In this document: in pieces, positions 43,587 through 54,787 of the stretch
Layout of the letters: each line of letters starts with the position of its first letter
Numbering within the stretch: position 1 is the first letter of the stretch
From: Geopsychrobacteraceae bacterium
Lineage (GTDB): Bacteria; Desulfobacterota; Desulfuromonadia; Desulfuromonadales; Geopsychrobacteraceae
Length of the DNA: 64,000 nucleotides
Direction: 5' to 3'
Assembly (NCBI GenBank): GCA_963676795.2
Contig: CAXXTB010000001.1
Span: forward strand, 864,001-928,000
Position numbers and translations under genes: made by a program
Notes under the pieces: model-generated
Database searches by the model: none
Told to the model about the DNA's origin: nothing
What the model saw: only the letters and a program-made list of their open reading frames with translations

Positions 43587-44372
43587 ATGATTTTAGCCAA
43601 GATTATCAAAACCAAGGAAGAAGAACTGGTTGCCGCCAAGGCCCGCCAGAGTCAGGGCGATCTGATTCGCCTGATTGCCGATCTTGAAGACCGGCCGCGC
43701 GGTTTCGCCCGCGCTCTGCGCAATATGCGCGATTCCGGCGGAACCGCCGTGATCGCCGAGGTCAAGAAAGCCTCGCCGTCCAGGGGGATCATCCGCGAGG
43801 ATTTCGATCCGCTGGCGATTGCTGAGATCTATCAGCAGGCCGGGGCCACCTGTCTTTCGGTCTTGACCGACGAACAGTATTTCAAGGGGCACCTGCGCTA
43901 CCTGGGGCTGATCCGCGAACAGGTCTATCTGCCGCTCTTACGCAAGGATTTCATGATTGATCCTTACCAGATCTATGAGGCGCGTGCCGCCGGTGCCGAC
44001 GCCATCCTGCTGATCGCTGCAGCTCTGAGCGATGCGCAGATGCATGACCTGGCCGGAGTGGCCAAGGAGCTGAAGCTCGACACCCTGCTGGAGGTGCATA
44101 ACGTAGAAGAGCTGGAGCGGGCGCTGACCATTCCGGTCGACCTGATCGGTATCAATAATCGTGACCTGAAGAGCTTTGTTACCGACATCGGCATCACCGA
44201 GCAGTTGGCGGCGCGGATTCCGGCCCATCAGATCGCGGTTGCCGAGAGTGGCATCCACAATCGTCAGGATGTTGAACGCCTGGGCCGGGCCGGTGCCGGC
44301 GCCTTTCTGGTCGGGGAAAGCCTGATGCGCGAAAAAGATATCGCGGCCAAGCTTAAGGAATTATTGGGCTAG
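43587..44372 (+). CDS. trpC: Indole-3-glycerol phosphate synthase
   Basis: IAEVKKASPS.G, LSVLTD, LRKDF, LEVH, GINNRDL, AESGI, LVGESLM. Confidence 0.98.
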   Translation: MILAKIIKTKEEELVAAKARQSQGDLIRLIADLEDRPRGFARALRNMRDSGGTAVIAEVKKASPSRGIIREDFDPLAIAEIYQQAGATCLSVLTDEQYFKGHLRYLGLIREQVYLPLLRKDFMIDPYQIYEARAAGADAILLIAAALSDAQMHDLAGVAKELKLDTLLEVHNVEELERALTIPVDLIGINNRDLKSFVTDIGITEQLAARIPAHQIAVAESGIHNRQDVERLGRAGAGAFLVGESLMREKDIAAKLKELLG

Positions 44373-44373
44373 T

Positions 44374-44988
44374 ATGAGAACCCGGATCAAGATCTGTGGT
44401 ATCACCAACCTGGAAGATGCACTGCAGGCCGTCGAGGCCGGAGCCGATGCCCTCGGTTTCGTCTTTTATCGTAAGAGCCCCAGGTGTGTCAGCGCCGAGC
44501 AGGTGCGGGCCATCACTGCTCAGTTGCCCCCCTTTGTCGCCAGGGTCGGGCTGTTCGTCAACGCTCTGCCTGAGTGGATTGAGCAGACCATGGATGCTGC
44601 GGGGTTGAATCTGATACAATTACACGGTGATGAAGCGCCCGAACAGTGCCGTTTCAGTCGCTTTCCGGTGGTCAAGGCGCTGCGCGTCAGGGATGCCGGC
44701 TCGCTCATCGGAGCGGACGCCTATCCGGTAGCGGCTCTGTTGCTCGATGCCTGGAGCGACGACGCCTACGGCGGCACCGGTCACAGCTTTGATTGGCAAC
44801 TGGTGCGCAACCTGACGGCAGCGAGGCCGCTGATCCTGGCCGGTGGTTTGAACCCGGACAATGTGGCGGCAGCGGTCAGAATAGTCAAACCCTATGCGGT
44901 CGATGTCTCGAGCGGTGTCGAGCTTGAACCCGGCCGCAAGGACCATGAGAAAGTCAGAAAATTTATTGAGCAGGTGAGGAACACATGA
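44374..44988 (+). CDS. trpF: Phosphoribosylanthranilate isomerase
   Basis: [36 protein letters not shown]. Confidence 0.97.
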   Translation: MRTRIKICGITNLEDALQAVEAGADALGFVFYRKSPRCVSAEQVRAITAQLPPFVARVGLFVNALPEWIEQTMDAAGLNLIQLHGDEAPEQCRFSRFPVVKALRVRDAGSLIGADAYPVAALLLDAWSDDAYGGTGHSFDWQLVRNLTAARPLILAGGLNPDNVAAAVRIVKPYAVDVSSGVELEPGRKDHEKVRKFIEQVRNT

Positions 44989-46181
44989 ATTATCATTACC
45001 CGGACGAACGTGGTCATTTTGGCATATATGGTGGGCGCTATGTCGCCGAAACCCTGATGCCCGCACTGCTGGAGCTGGAAGAGGCTTACGCCAAGGTCAA
45101 GGACGATCCTGAATTTCAGCAGGAGTTTGCCTATTACCTGGAGCACTACGTCGGCCGCCCCAGCCCACTCTACTATGCCCGGCGCTTAAGTGAAGAGCTC
45201 GGCGGTGCCAAGATCTACCTCAAACGTGAAGATCTCAACCACACCGGCGCGCACAAGGTCAACAATACTGTCGGCCAGATCCTGCTCGCCCGCCGGATGG
45301 GGAAGAACAAGGTTATCGCCGAGACCGGAGCCGGACAGCACGGGGTTGCGACCGCAACGGTTGCCGCACTATTCGGGATGGAATGCGAAGTCTTTATGGG
45401 CAAGGAGGATATCCGTCGCCAGTCGCTCAACGTCTTCCGCATGAAGTTGCTCGGTGCCAAGGTCCGCGAATGTACCAGCGGGACTATGACCCTGAAGGAT
45501 GCGATGAACGATGCGCTGCGCCACTGGGTCACCCATGTCCGCGACACCTTTTATGTCATCGGCACCGTCGCCGGTCCGCACCCCTATCCGCAGATGGTCC
45601 GCGATTTTCAGTCGGTGATCGGCCGCGAAGCCAGGGAACAGATGCTGGCGGCCGAGGGGCGTCTGCCTGATGCCGCTATCGCCTGTATCGGTGGCGGCTC
45701 CAACGCCATGGGGTTGTTCTATCCGTTTATCAAGGACACTGATGTGCGCCTGATCGGTGTCGAGGCAGCCGGGTTCGGCGTCGATACCAACAAGCACGCC
45801 GCTTCGATCTCCGCCGGTGCGCCGGGGGTTCTGCATGGTAACAAGACCTACCTGCTGCAGGATAGCGATGGCCAGATCGAGCATGCCCATTCCATTTCCG
45901 CCGGTCTCGACTATCCGGGGGTCGGGCCGGAACACGCCCACCTCAACGATATCAAGCGGGCGGAATATGTTTCGATCACCGATGATGAGGCGCTTGATGC
46001 CTTCCAGAAGCTGACCCGTGTCGAAGGGATCATCCCGGCTCTTGAGAGCGCCCACGCGATTGCCCAGGTGATAAAGCTGGCGCCGACCATGAGTAAGGAC
46101 CAGAGCCTGCTGGTCTGCCTATCCGGCCGTGGCGACAAGGATATTCATACCGTCGCCGATGCCATGAAAGTTGAACTCTAA
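44985..46181 (+). CDS. trpB: Tryptophan synthase beta chain
   Basis: [50 protein letters not shown]. Confidence 0.99.
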   Translation: MNYHYPDERGHFGIYGGRYVAETLMPALLELEEAYAKVKDDPEFQQEFAYYLEHYVGRPSPLYYARRLSEELGGAKIYLKREDLNHTGAHKVNNTVGQILLARRMGKNKVIAETGAGQHGVATATVAALFGMECEVFMGKEDIRRQSLNVFRMKLLGAKVRECTSGTMTLKDAMNDALRHWVTHVRDTFYVIGTVAGPHPYPQMVRDFQSVIGREAREQMLAAEGRLPDAAIACIGGGSNAMGLFYPFIKDTDVRLIGVEAAGFGVDTNKHAASISAGAPGVLHGNKTYLLQDSDGQIEHAHSISAGLDYPGVGPEHAHLNDIKRAEYVSITDDEALDAFQKLTRVEGIIPALESAHAIAQVIKLAPTMSKDQSLLVCLSGRGDKDIHTVADAMKVEL

Positions 46182-47507
46182 ATGGAATTTACCGAACTTA
46201 ATCTGCCGGAAGAAGTGCTCAAGGGGATCGCTGAGGCCGGATTCACCAATCTGACCCCGGTCCAGGAAGAATCGATTCCGCTCGCGCTTGGCGGCAAGGA
46301 TGTTGCTGCCCAGGCCCAGACCGGTACCGGCAAGACCGCAGCGTTCCTGATTTCCCTGTTCTGCAAACTGCGTGGCGGTCAAGGCTCGACCGACAACAGC
46401 CCGCGTGCTCTGGTCATGGCTCCGACCCGCGAGCTGGTGGTGCAGATCTGCAAGGATGCCGAAACCCTCGGGCAATTTACCGGCATCAAGGTTCAGCCGA
46501 TCTTTGGCGGCATGGATTACGAAAAGCAGCGTCAGGCGCTCAAGGACGGGGTTGATATCATCGTCGCCACCCCTGGGCGGCTGATCGACTACTACAAGCA
46601 GCGGGTTTTTTCGCTGAACAAGGTCGAGGCGCTGGTCATCGATGAGGCCGACCGGATGTTCGACATGGGCTTTATCAAGGATCTGCGTTATCTGCTGCGC
46701 AAACTGCCCAGTTTCGATAAGCGCCAGACCATGCTCTTTTCGGCGACTCTGTCGAGCCGGGTCATGGAGCTGGCCTACGAGTTCATGAACATTGCCGAAA
46801 AGGTTTCAATCGCTCCTGAACAGGTGGCCGCCGAACGGATCGAGCAGACGCTGTTTCATGTTGGTCGTGATGAAAAGTTTGCCCTGTTGCTTGGGCAGCT
46901 CAAGCGCGAAACCGGGGTCGAACGGGTCATGCTCTTTGTCAATACCAAGATCGAGGCGGAACGCCTCAACGCACTGCTTGAGGCTAACGGGATTTCCAGT
47001 GCGCTGATCTCCGGGGATATTGCCCAGAAGAAGCGGATGCGGATTCTCGAGCAGTTTAAGCAGGGGGAGTTGACCCACCTGGTGGCTACTGATGTCGCTT
47101 CGCGGGGGATTCATGTCGATGGCGTAACCCATGTCATCAATTACGATCTGCCGCAGGATCGTGAAGATTACGTCCACCGCATCGGCCGGACGGCGCGTGC
47201 CGGGGCAACCGGGAGGGCGATCAGCTTTGCTGATGAAGAATCGGTCTACGCCCTGGCCGATATCGAGGACTATCTCGGTTTCAAGATTCCCAGTGAGATT
47301 CCCTGCGATGAGGATTTTGTCTTTGAGTACAAAAAGGCCAATCCCCGTCGCAAGCGCCCGGCGCCTGACAAGAGAGGGAGCAGGACGGGGGATAGAAAAG
47401 CGGCCAAGCCTGGTGACCCGGATCAAAAGAAGCGCAGCCGTCCGCGGCGCAGAAAGCGTATGAAGCCAGCTGGCGAAGGTGGGGCGACTCCGGCTGAACC
47501 CTCCTGA
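46182..47507 (+). CDS. DEAD-box RNA helicase (RhlB-like)
   Basis: AQTGTGKT, PTREL, TPGRL, DEADRM, SAT, YVHRIGRTAR; basic C-terminal tail. Confidence 0.95.
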   Translation: MEFTELNLPEEVLKGIAEAGFTNLTPVQEESIPLALGGKDVAAQAQTGTGKTAAFLISLFCKLRGGQGSTDNSPRALVMAPTRELVVQICKDAETLGQFTGIKVQPIFGGMDYEKQRQALKDGVDIIVATPGRLIDYYKQRVFSLNKVEALVIDEADRMFDMGFIKDLRYLLRKLPSFDKRQTMLFSATLSSRVMELAYEFMNIAEKVSIAPEQVAAERIEQTLFHVGRDEKFALLLGQLKRETGVERVMLFVNTKIEAERLNALLEANGISSALISGDIAQKKRMRILEQFKQGELTHLVATDVASRGIHVDGVTHVINYDLPQDREDYVHRIGRTARAGATGRAISFADEESVYALADIEDYLGFKIPSEIPCDEDFVFEYKKANPRRKRPAPDKRGSRTGDRKAAKPGDPDQKKRSRPRRRKRMKPAGEGGATPAEPS

Positions 47508-47616
47508 GTCGTTCGCTTTGAAAAAGCTGTTGAAAGCGGGCAGCGGGTTCCATTAGACTAATCCTTTTGGCTCGGCATAAGGCCGGGCTGATGCAGCCGG
47601 GAAGAACGATATCAAG

Positions 47617-48411
47617 ATGTCACGTATAGATACAACCTTTGCAGCGTTGAAAGCGCAGGGCAAGACCGCCCTGATTCCGTTTATTACTGCCGGTGATCCG
47701 GATCAGCAGACGACTGTCGAGCTGCTTTTGACCCTGGCTGAAGCCGGGGCTGATCTGATCGAGCTTGGGGTGCCATTTTCCGATCCGATGGCCGACGGGC
47801 CGACTATTCAGGCCGCTTCCGAGCGGGCTTTGGCCGCCGGGATGACCCTAGCCGGGGTGCTGGAGATCGTCACCGAGGTGCGTAAGAGTTCTCAGGTGCC
47901 GCTGGTGCTGATGGGCTACTACAACCCGATCTTCCGTTATGGCATCGAGCGTTTTGCCACCGATGCGGTCGAGGCCGGGGTCGATGCCCTGCTGCTGGTC
48001 GACCTGCCGCCGGAAGAAGCCGGGGAGATCAGCGCTGTGACCAGCGAGGCCGGTTTGTCACTGATTACCCTGCTGGCTCCGACCACCCCGCGTGGACGGA
48101 TGGAAAAACTGGCGGCAGCGGCGCAAGGTTATCTTTACTACGTGTCGATGACCGGTGTTACCGGGGCACAGAAGATCACTCCGGCGGATATTCAGGCCTC
48201 TGTAGAGGAGCTTAAGAGTATGACCGATATTCCGGTCGGGGTCGGCTTCGGGATTACCACGGCTGAGGATGCCGCCGCGGTCGGTGCCTTTGCCGACGGT
48301 GTCGTGGTCGGCAGCGCTCTGGTCAAGGTGATCGAGGCCAACAGTGGCAGTGCGCAGTTGCTGGACAAGGTCAGGGCGTTTATCGCTGATCTCAAATCCG
48401 GACTCAAGTAA
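47617..48411 (+). CDS. trpA: Tryptophan synthase alpha chain
   Basis: ELGVPFSDPMADGPTIQ, MGYYNP, DLPPEE, GVTG, GFGI, VVGSALV. Confidence 0.99.
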   Translation: MSRIDTTFAALKAQGKTALIPFITAGDPDQQTTVELLLTLAEAGADLIELGVPFSDPMADGPTIQAASERALAAGMTLAGVLEIVTEVRKSSQVPLVLMGYYNPIFRYGIERFATDAVEAGVDALLLVDLPPEEAGEISAVTSEAGLSLITLLAPTTPRGRMEKLAAAAQGYLYYVSMTGVTGAQKITPADIQASVEELKSMTDIPVGVGFGITTAEDAAAVGAFADGVVVGSALVKVIEANSGSAQLLDKVRAFIADLKSGLK

Positions 48412-48470
48412 ACGCAAGTGTTTTTTCGGTGGTGAAAAAGCCTGCCGGAATATGAAGTTAAGAGGAAAAT

Positions 48471-49325
48471 ATGGTCTGGTTTCGTGCCAAAAATACGTTA
48501 AAGACAACCCCGGGAAAGAAGAGTGTTCAGGTTCCCGAAGGGGTCTGGACCAAGTGCAAGAACTGTCAGGAAATCATCTACGCCAAGGAAATCGAGCGTA
48601 ATCTCAATGTCTGCCCCAAGTGCGATTATCACTTCCGCATCGGCGCCCGTGAGCGGATCAGTCTGATCCTTGATGAGGGGTCTTTTGTCGAGATGGACGC
48701 CAATGTCCGTTCGGTTGATTTCCTCGACTTCAAGGATTCCCAGAAGTACAAAGAGCGGATCAAGGCGGCCGTCAAGAAGTCCGGTGATGGTGATGCGGTG
48801 ATCTGCGGCGATGGGAAGATCGACGGCCTGCCGGTTGTTGTCGCTGTCTTCGATTTCGAGTTTATGGGGGGCAGTATGGGCTCGGTTGTTGGTGAAAAGA
48901 TCACCAGGACGATCGAACGCGGCCTCAAGAACGAGGTGCCGGTGCTGATCTTTTCATCATCGGGCGGCGCGCGAATGCAGGAGAGCATCATGTCGCTGAT
49001 GCAGATGGCCAAGACCAGCGCGGCTCTGGCCAAACTCAAGGCCGCCGGCATCCCTTACATCTCCATCCTGACCGATCCGACCACCGGCGGGGTGACCGCC
49101 AGCTTCGCCATGCTCGGTGACCTGAATATCGCCGAGCCGCGGGCGCTGATCGGTTTTGCCGGCCCGCGAGTTATCGAGCAGACGATCCGCCAGACCTTAC
49201 CGGATGGCTTTCAACGTTCTGAATACCTGCTCGAGCACGGTATGCTCGATATGATCGTAGCGCGCAAGGAGATGAAGCAGAAGCTGTCCCAGATTCTGCG
49301 CATCTACACCAAGCAGCCTGCATGA
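48471..49325 (+). CDS. accD: Acetyl-CoA carboxylase carboxyltransferase beta
   Basis: WTKC..C..VCPKC zinc finger, [29 protein letters not shown]. Confidence 0.98.
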   Translation: MVWFRAKNTLKTTPGKKSVQVPEGVWTKCKNCQEIIYAKEIERNLNVCPKCDYHFRIGARERISLILDEGSFVEMDANVRSVDFLDFKDSQKYKERIKAAVKKSGDGDAVICGDGKIDGLPVVVAVFDFEFMGGSMGSVVGEKITRTIERGLKNEVPVLIFSSSGGARMQESIMSLMQMAKTSAALAKLKAAGIPYISILTDPTTGGVTASFAMLGDLNIAEPRALIGFAGPRVIEQTIRQTLPDGFQRSEYLLEHGMLDMIVARKEMKQKLSQILRIYTKQPA

Positions 49326-50617
49326 GTGAGGGCTACCGGGAGACGCTCGACTATCTCTACTCCCTGCAGTTCTTCGGTATCAAGCTGGGGCTGGAGAATA
49401 CCCGTCTACTGCTGGAGCGCTGCGGCAATCCGCACCGGGATCTGAAGCTCATTCATGTCGCCGGAACCAACGGCAAGGGATCGACCGTGGCGACTCTGGC
49501 CTCGGTGTTCCATCAGGCGGGGATCCGGGCGGGTCTCTATACCTCTCCCCATCTGCACAATTTCTCTGAAAGAATCAGGGTCGATACCCTGCCGATCAGC
49601 GAGGCCGAGATCGTTGCGCTGACCCGCGAGTTGCGTCCGCATGCCGAAGAGTTGCGTGCGACCTTCTTTGAGGTGACGACGGTCATGGCTCTGCTCCATT
49701 TTCAGCGTAGCGGTGCCGAGTGGGCGATTCTTGAAACCGGTATGGGTGGCCGTCTCGACGCGACCAACCTGGTGACTCCTGAGCTGTGCCTGCTGACGCC
49801 GGTCGCCCTGGATCACACCCAGGCCCTGGGCGGAACTCTTGCCGAGGTGGCACTTGAAAAGGCCGGGATCCTCAAGCCGGGGGTTGCTGCCCTGACAGCG
49901 CAGCAACCAGCTGAGGTTCTCGAAGTTTTCGAGCGGGCCGCCAAGGAGCGTCACCTGCCACTTTATAAAGCTGGGGCGGATTTTTTCTGTACAGAAACGC
50001 CTGATGGCCTGTGTCTGCAGGGGTTCGGTACGCGTCTGGACAAAATTCGTTCCGGTCTTGTCGGGCGGCACCAGCAGCAGAACCTGGGGCTGGCGGCGGC
50101 GGCCATCTTCTGGCTGAACAGCCAGGAGGCGGTCAGGATCTCAGCCGCTCAGATCGTCCGGGGGCTTGAGCAGGTGCGCTGGCCCGGCCGTCTGGAGTGG
50201 CTGACGCCTCGCCTGTTGATCGACGGGGCGCACAACCCGGCGGGGGCTTTGACCCTGGCCGCTTATCTGCAGGATATTGATGTCAAAGGTGTCCGGCTGG
50301 TGGTCGGTTGCAAGGAGGATAAGGACTGGCGCCAGCTGCTCAAGCCGTTGCTGCCATTTTGTCGTGCCCTTTATGCGACAAAGCCTCCCGTCGACGTTGC
50401 TGCCGATCCGCAGGCGATGGCTGCGTATGCCAGTGCGGAGGCTCTTTCGGCCCAGGTCTGTGAGTGTCCGGCGGAGGCTGTCGATCAGGCTGTCGCGGAG
50501 AGTGACAGCGGGGAGATCGTCGTTGTCGCCGGTTCCCTGTTTCTGGTCGCTGCGGTTCGCGAGCATCTTCTGCCCGCAACTGATTTACTGAAAATTAGCG
50601 CATCTACGGAATTGTGA
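49322..50617 (+). CDS. folC: Folylpolyglutamate/dihydrofolate synthase
   Basis: [40 protein letters not shown]. Confidence 0.96.
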   Translation: MSEGYRETLDYLYSLQFFGIKLGLENTRLLLERCGNPHRDLKLIHVAGTNGKGSTVATLASVFHQAGIRAGLYTSPHLHNFSERIRVDTLPISEAEIVALTRELRPHAEELRATFFEVTTVMALLHFQRSGAEWAILETGMGGRLDATNLVTPELCLLTPVALDHTQALGGTLAEVALEKAGILKPGVAALTAQQPAEVLEVFERAAKERHLPLYKAGADFFCTETPDGLCLQGFGTRLDKIRSGLVGRHQQQNLGLAAAAIFWLNSQEAVRISAAQIVRGLEQVRWPGRLEWLTPRLLIDGAHNPAGALTLAAYLQDIDVKGVRLVVGCKEDKDWRQLLKPLLPFCRALYATKPPVDVAADPQAMAAYASAEALSAQVCECPAEAVDQAVAESDSGEIVVVAGSLFLVAAVREHLLPATDLLKISASTEL

Positions 50618-52647
50618 TGAAGTTACCTGCTGTTGTCTTGTTTTTTCTGTTGCTTGTCCCCGGACTGGCTGTTGCCGCCGATTTGTCGCAGTTGGGGAGT
50701 TCCGGGGAGCCCGTTGAGCTTGAAGCCGACAGTCTGAGTTATGACCGGAGCAGCGGCGAATATCGGGCCGCTGGCGATGTGCATCTGCGCCAGGGGGAGT
50801 TTGAGGTCACCGGCGAAGAGTTGCACTGGAATCAGCAGAGCGGCGAGCTGAATGCCGATGGCGGAGTGACCCTGAGCTCGCCTGAGGATACCCTGAGCGG
50901 ATCACGGGCCAGGTACAACCTGCAGAGCAATACCGGGATGGTTGAGGATGGCTATTTTTTTCTGCATGCTGAGAATCTGCACGTCCGCGGGACGGCCATC
51001 GAGCGGCGTGGTGAGTCCCAGTTTCATATCGAAGCCGGTGTCTTTACCACCTGTAATGGCGACTCACCGTCCTGGAAATTCGGAGCCAGCCAGCTTGATG
51101 TCACCCTCGGGGGCTATGCGCGGGCAAAAAATGCTGTTTTTTACCTGAAGGATATTCCGGTTTTCTACTTTCCCTACCTGGTCTACCCGGTCAAGACCGA
51201 GCGTGAATCGGGCCTGCTGATCCCTTCTTTCAGTTATTCCAGTACCAAGGGGGTCGGTTTCAGCCAGGCCTATTATCAGGTGATAGCGGATAATCAGGAC
51301 GCCACCCTGTACCTCGATTACCTGTCTGAGGCGGGTGTCGGCAAGGGGCTGGAGTATCGCTATATCTTTGGCCTGGATAACGCGGGTGAGGCACAGATTT
51401 ATCATATCGACGTCAACAGGATCGACGGTGACACGATCGACGAGGAACGCTATGCCATGTCCTTGACGCATAACGGTACCCTGCCCGGCGAAGTCAGACT
51501 TCGGGCTGACCTGGAATACGTCAACGACAATGATTATTTTTCCGATTTTGGTGAGCTGGCCGACGAGTATAACAAGGATGAAGTTCAGTCCGACCTGTCA
51601 CTGCAGAAGAACTGGGGAAAGTTCAGCCTGCTCGGTGCGCTGCGCTATACTGAAGATCTGGAGACTGACGATGACACAACCCTTCAGCTGTTGCCAAGAA
51701 TCACCCTTGAGGGGGGGCGGCAGCGTATAGCCGATAGCTTCCTGTTTTACAGTCTGTTCAGTGAATACAGTCATTTCTGGCGGGAAGAGGGGCAGACCGG
51801 ACAGCGGATGATGGTCAGACCTGCTCTGTCGACGACCCTGCCGTTTGGCGGCGTCGCCAGTCTGACGCCTGAGCTGGCCTATCGCCAGCGCTATTACTGG
51901 GATATCAGTGGTGATGATGATACCCGGGAGGTCGGCCTGCCGGAAGTCAGGGTTTCTCTGAACAGCCGTGTGCAGCGAACCTTTGAAACTGATTCTGCTG
52001 CGCTTTCCAGGCTGCGCCATGTTATCGAACCGGAGCTGGTGTACAGCTACATTGGCGATGAGGATCAGTCGGAGATTCCGGTATTTGACAGCTATGACCA
52101 GATCGATGAGGAGAACCAGCTTGAATATGCCCTGATTCAGCGTTTCAAGGGGCGCTTCGAGCGGGATGGTCAGAGCGAATATCGCGACCTTGCCTACCTG
52201 CGTACCTCGCTGATTGAAGATCTGGACAGCGAAAATGACAGTATTCTGAACGGCTTCAGGAATGAGCTGCGCCTGACCCCCTTCGACGGATTGTCCTTCG
52301 CTGCTGACGCAACCCTTGATCTGGATAACGGGGACTGGGAGGAGATTGGCGCAGAGACGGATATTGTTGTTCAGCAGAACAATTCTTTACGGCTGCGGTA
52401 TCAGCGCAATCTCGACGAATCTCTCGATTACGGGCGCCTTGACCTGAGCGTCGGGATACTGGCGCCGATCTATCTGAATTATCAGCAACGCTACGATTTT
52501 GTCGATGATGAGGTCGTTGAGGAGGTTGTTGCTCTCGAATACCGTCAGCAGTGCTGGAGCCTGTTCCTGACCTATCGCGATCATGACGACAGTCAGTCGC
52601 TGATGGTGAATTTCAGTCTGAGTGGATTGAGCACATCCGGCAGGTGA
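50614..52647 (+). CDS. lptD: LPS-assembly protein LptD
   Basis: Signal peptide, OstA-like N-domain, FTTC..PSW, RESGLL.P, beta-barrel, HVIEP, QCWS. Confidence 0.88.
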   Translation: MMKLPAVVLFFLLLVPGLAVAADLSQLGSSGEPVELEADSLSYDRSSGEYRAAGDVHLRQGEFEVTGEELHWNQQSGELNADGGVTLSSPEDTLSGSRARYNLQSNTGMVEDGYFFLHAENLHVRGTAIERRGESQFHIEAGVFTTCNGDSPSWKFGASQLDVTLGGYARAKNAVFYLKDIPVFYFPYLVYPVKTERESGLLIPSFSYSSTKGVGFSQAYYQVIADNQDATLYLDYLSEAGVGKGLEYRYIFGLDNAGEAQIYHIDVNRIDGDTIDEERYAMSLTHNGTLPGEVRLRADLEYVNDNDYFSDFGELADEYNKDEVQSDLSLQKNWGKFSLLGALRYTEDLETDDDTTLQLLPRITLEGGRQRIADSFLFYSLFSEYSHFWREEGQTGQRMMVRPALSTTLPFGGVASLTPELAYRQRYYWDISGDDDTREVGLPEVRVSLNSRVQRTFETDSAALSRLRHVIEPELVYSYIGDEDQSEIPVFDSYDQIDEENQLEYALIQRFKGRFERDGQSEYRDLAYLRTSLIEDLDSENDSILNGFRNELRLTPFDGLSFAADATLDLDNGDWEEIGAETDIVVQQNNSLRLRYQRNLDESLDYGRLDLSVGILAPIYLNYQQRYDFVDDEVVEEVVALEYRQQCWSLFLTYRDHDDSQSLMVNFSLSGLSTSGR

Positions 52648-52752
52648 GCTAACCGCCTCGGCGGGAGCTGAGCGGCGACGTAAAAGAGAGTTGACCTGTA
52701 TTCACGACCATGCGAATCTGCCTAGCTGTATGGAGCGTGTGAGGAAAGGGTC

Positions 52753-53106
52753 ATGAAGGGGTTGAATGTGGCGTCAGAGCAGGAAGCGATGGAGTCCGGA
52801 CCGAAAAATCTGCTGAGCATCTGTCTGGTGATAGTCATCCTGCTTTTGTGCGCCTATGCAATTTTTGGTAACCGTGGCGTGATGCGTATACTGCAGGCCC
52901 GTGAGCAACAGCACCAGCTCGAGCAGCAGCTGGCCGAGCTGAAAGAGCAGCAGCAGCAACTTCATGAAGAAATACGTCGTTTGAAGGAAGATAAGAGCTA
53001 TTGGGAGCAGCTGGCGCGTACCCGTCTGGGAATGGTGCGCGAGGGCGAGCTGATCTATCACATCCCCGATGGCGATGAGCATAAACCAGAGACAGGATCA
53101 AAATGA
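52753..53106 (+). CDS. ftsB: Septum formation initiator (FtsB/DivIC family)
   Basis: One TM, G..G, coiled coil, EQLAR..LGMV..GE. Confidence 0.8.
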   Translation: MKGLNVASEQEAMESGPKNLLSICLVIVILLLCAYAIFGNRGVMRILQAREQQHQLEQQLAELKEQQQQLHEEIRRLKEDKSYWEQLARTRLGMVREGELIYHIPDGDEHKPETGSK

Positions 53107-54764
53107 AGGAACAGTTAAGACAGGCTATTGAAGCCGTACTCAAAGATTGCTATGCCGAGGGGCTACTGAGCTCTGGCGAGGTCCCTGCTGAAATTCAGCT
53201 GGAGGTGCCGAAAAATGCCGAACATGGCGATTTTGCCACCAACCTGGCGATGATGCTGGCCAAGCCGGAACGCAAGGCGCCGCGTCAGGTTGCCGAAATT
53301 CTGCTGCCGAAGCTTCAGGCCCTGACGATCTGTGCCAGTGTCGAGATCGCCGGTCCCGGTTTTATCAACTTCCGCCTGTCTCCATCCTGCTGGTATGAGC
53401 TGCTCGATCAGATTACCGAACAGGGAGCTGCCTACGGCAAGAGCAAGGTCGGTGCCGGAACCAGGATTCAGGTCGAGTTCGTCAGTGCCAACCCGACCGG
53501 TCCGCTGCATATCGGCCATGGTCGTGGCGCGGTTGTCGGTGACGCTCTGGCCGCTGTTCTGGATGCGGCCGGATACCAGGTCGAGCGTGAGTACTATGTT
53601 AACGACGCAGGTAACCAGGTGCAGACCCTGGGCCGCTCGATCTGGATGCGCCTGCGCGAGCTGCAGGGCGAAACCATCGAATTTCCAGAAGACGGTTACC
53701 AGGGGGAGTACATCATCGACCTGGCGCAGAAATATCTTACCGAGCAGGGGACCCTTGCCGGAGTCGCTGAAGCTGAAGCGATTGCAAGCTGTTCCGCCTT
53801 TGGCGTCGAAGAGGTCCTCAAGTGGATTGCCGCCGATCTCGAAACCTTTGGTATCCGTTTCGACAACTGGTACAGCGAAAAGAGCCTTTACGAGCGCAAC
53901 ATGGTTGACAAGGAACTGGCCACTCTCAAGAAGAAGGGGCTGTCCTTCGAGCAGGATGATGCACTCTGGCTGCGTACCACCGACTATGGTGACGATAAGG
54001 ACCGGGTGTTGATCAAGTCAGATGGCAGCTATACCTATTTCGCTTCCGATGTCGCCTATCACATGGAGAAATTCGAACGTGGCTTCGACCGTGTTATCGA
54101 TGTCTGGGGGGCTGATCACCACGGTTATATTCCGCGCATGAAGGCGATGCTCGCCGGTCTCGGCCATCCGCCGGAAGATCTTGACGTCCTGCTTATCCAG
54201 ATGGTCAATCTGCTGCGCGACGGGGTGCCATTTACCATGGGCAAGCGCTCCGGTAACTTCATTACCCTGCGCGAGGTCATCGACGAAGTCGGTCGCGATG
54301 CCTGTCGGTTCTTTTTCCTGATGCGCCGTTGCGACAGCCAGCTTGATTTCGACCTTGAGCTGGCCAAGCAGCAGAGCAGCGACAATCCGGTTTTCTACGT
54401 TCAGTATGCTCACGCTCGGGTCTGCAGCATTAACCGCAACGCGGCGGAAGCCGGAGTTTCGCTGCCGGCCAGAGACCAGATCAAGCACGCCTGCCTGGAT
54501 CTGCCGGAGGAGCTGGCCCTGATTCAGCAGCTGGCGCGTTACCCGGAATCGATCGTCGGTGCCGCGCAGAATCATGAGCCGCATCGGGTGATTTTTTATC
54601 TGCAGGATCTTGCTGCTCAATTTCATAGTTACTATAATCGCCATCGTGTTCTGGTTGACGATGCCGATACGACGGCGGCCCGACTCTATCTGGTCAATGC
54701 CGTTCGTACCGTTCTGGCTAACGCCTTGTGCTTGATGGGAGTTTCTGCTCCGGAACAAATGTAA
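53103..54764 (+). CDS. argS: Arginine--tRNA ligase
   Basis: GPGFINF, VEFVSANPTGPLHIGH.R, GADHHGY, YVQYAHAR, APEQM. Confidence 0.98.
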   Translation: MKEQLRQAIEAVLKDCYAEGLLSSGEVPAEIQLEVPKNAEHGDFATNLAMMLAKPERKAPRQVAEILLPKLQALTICASVEIAGPGFINFRLSPSCWYELLDQITEQGAAYGKSKVGAGTRIQVEFVSANPTGPLHIGHGRGAVVGDALAAVLDAAGYQVEREYYVNDAGNQVQTLGRSIWMRLRELQGETIEFPEDGYQGEYIIDLAQKYLTEQGTLAGVAEAEAIASCSAFGVEEVLKWIAADLETFGIRFDNWYSEKSLYERNMVDKELATLKKKGLSFEQDDALWLRTTDYGDDKDRVLIKSDGSYTYFASDVAYHMEKFERGFDRVIDVWGADHHGYIPRMKAMLAGLGHPPEDLDVLLIQMVNLLRDGVPFTMGKRSGNFITLREVIDEVGRDACRFFFLMRRCDSQLDFDLELAKQQSSDNPVFYVQYAHARVCSINRNAAEAGVSLPARDQIKHACLDLPEELALIQQLARYPESIVGAAQNHEPHRVIFYLQDLAAQFHSYYNRHRVLVDDADTTAARLYLVNAVRTVLANALCLMGVSAPEQM

Positions 54765-54787
54765 ATTTTTTCAGAGGGAGTGCAGTC

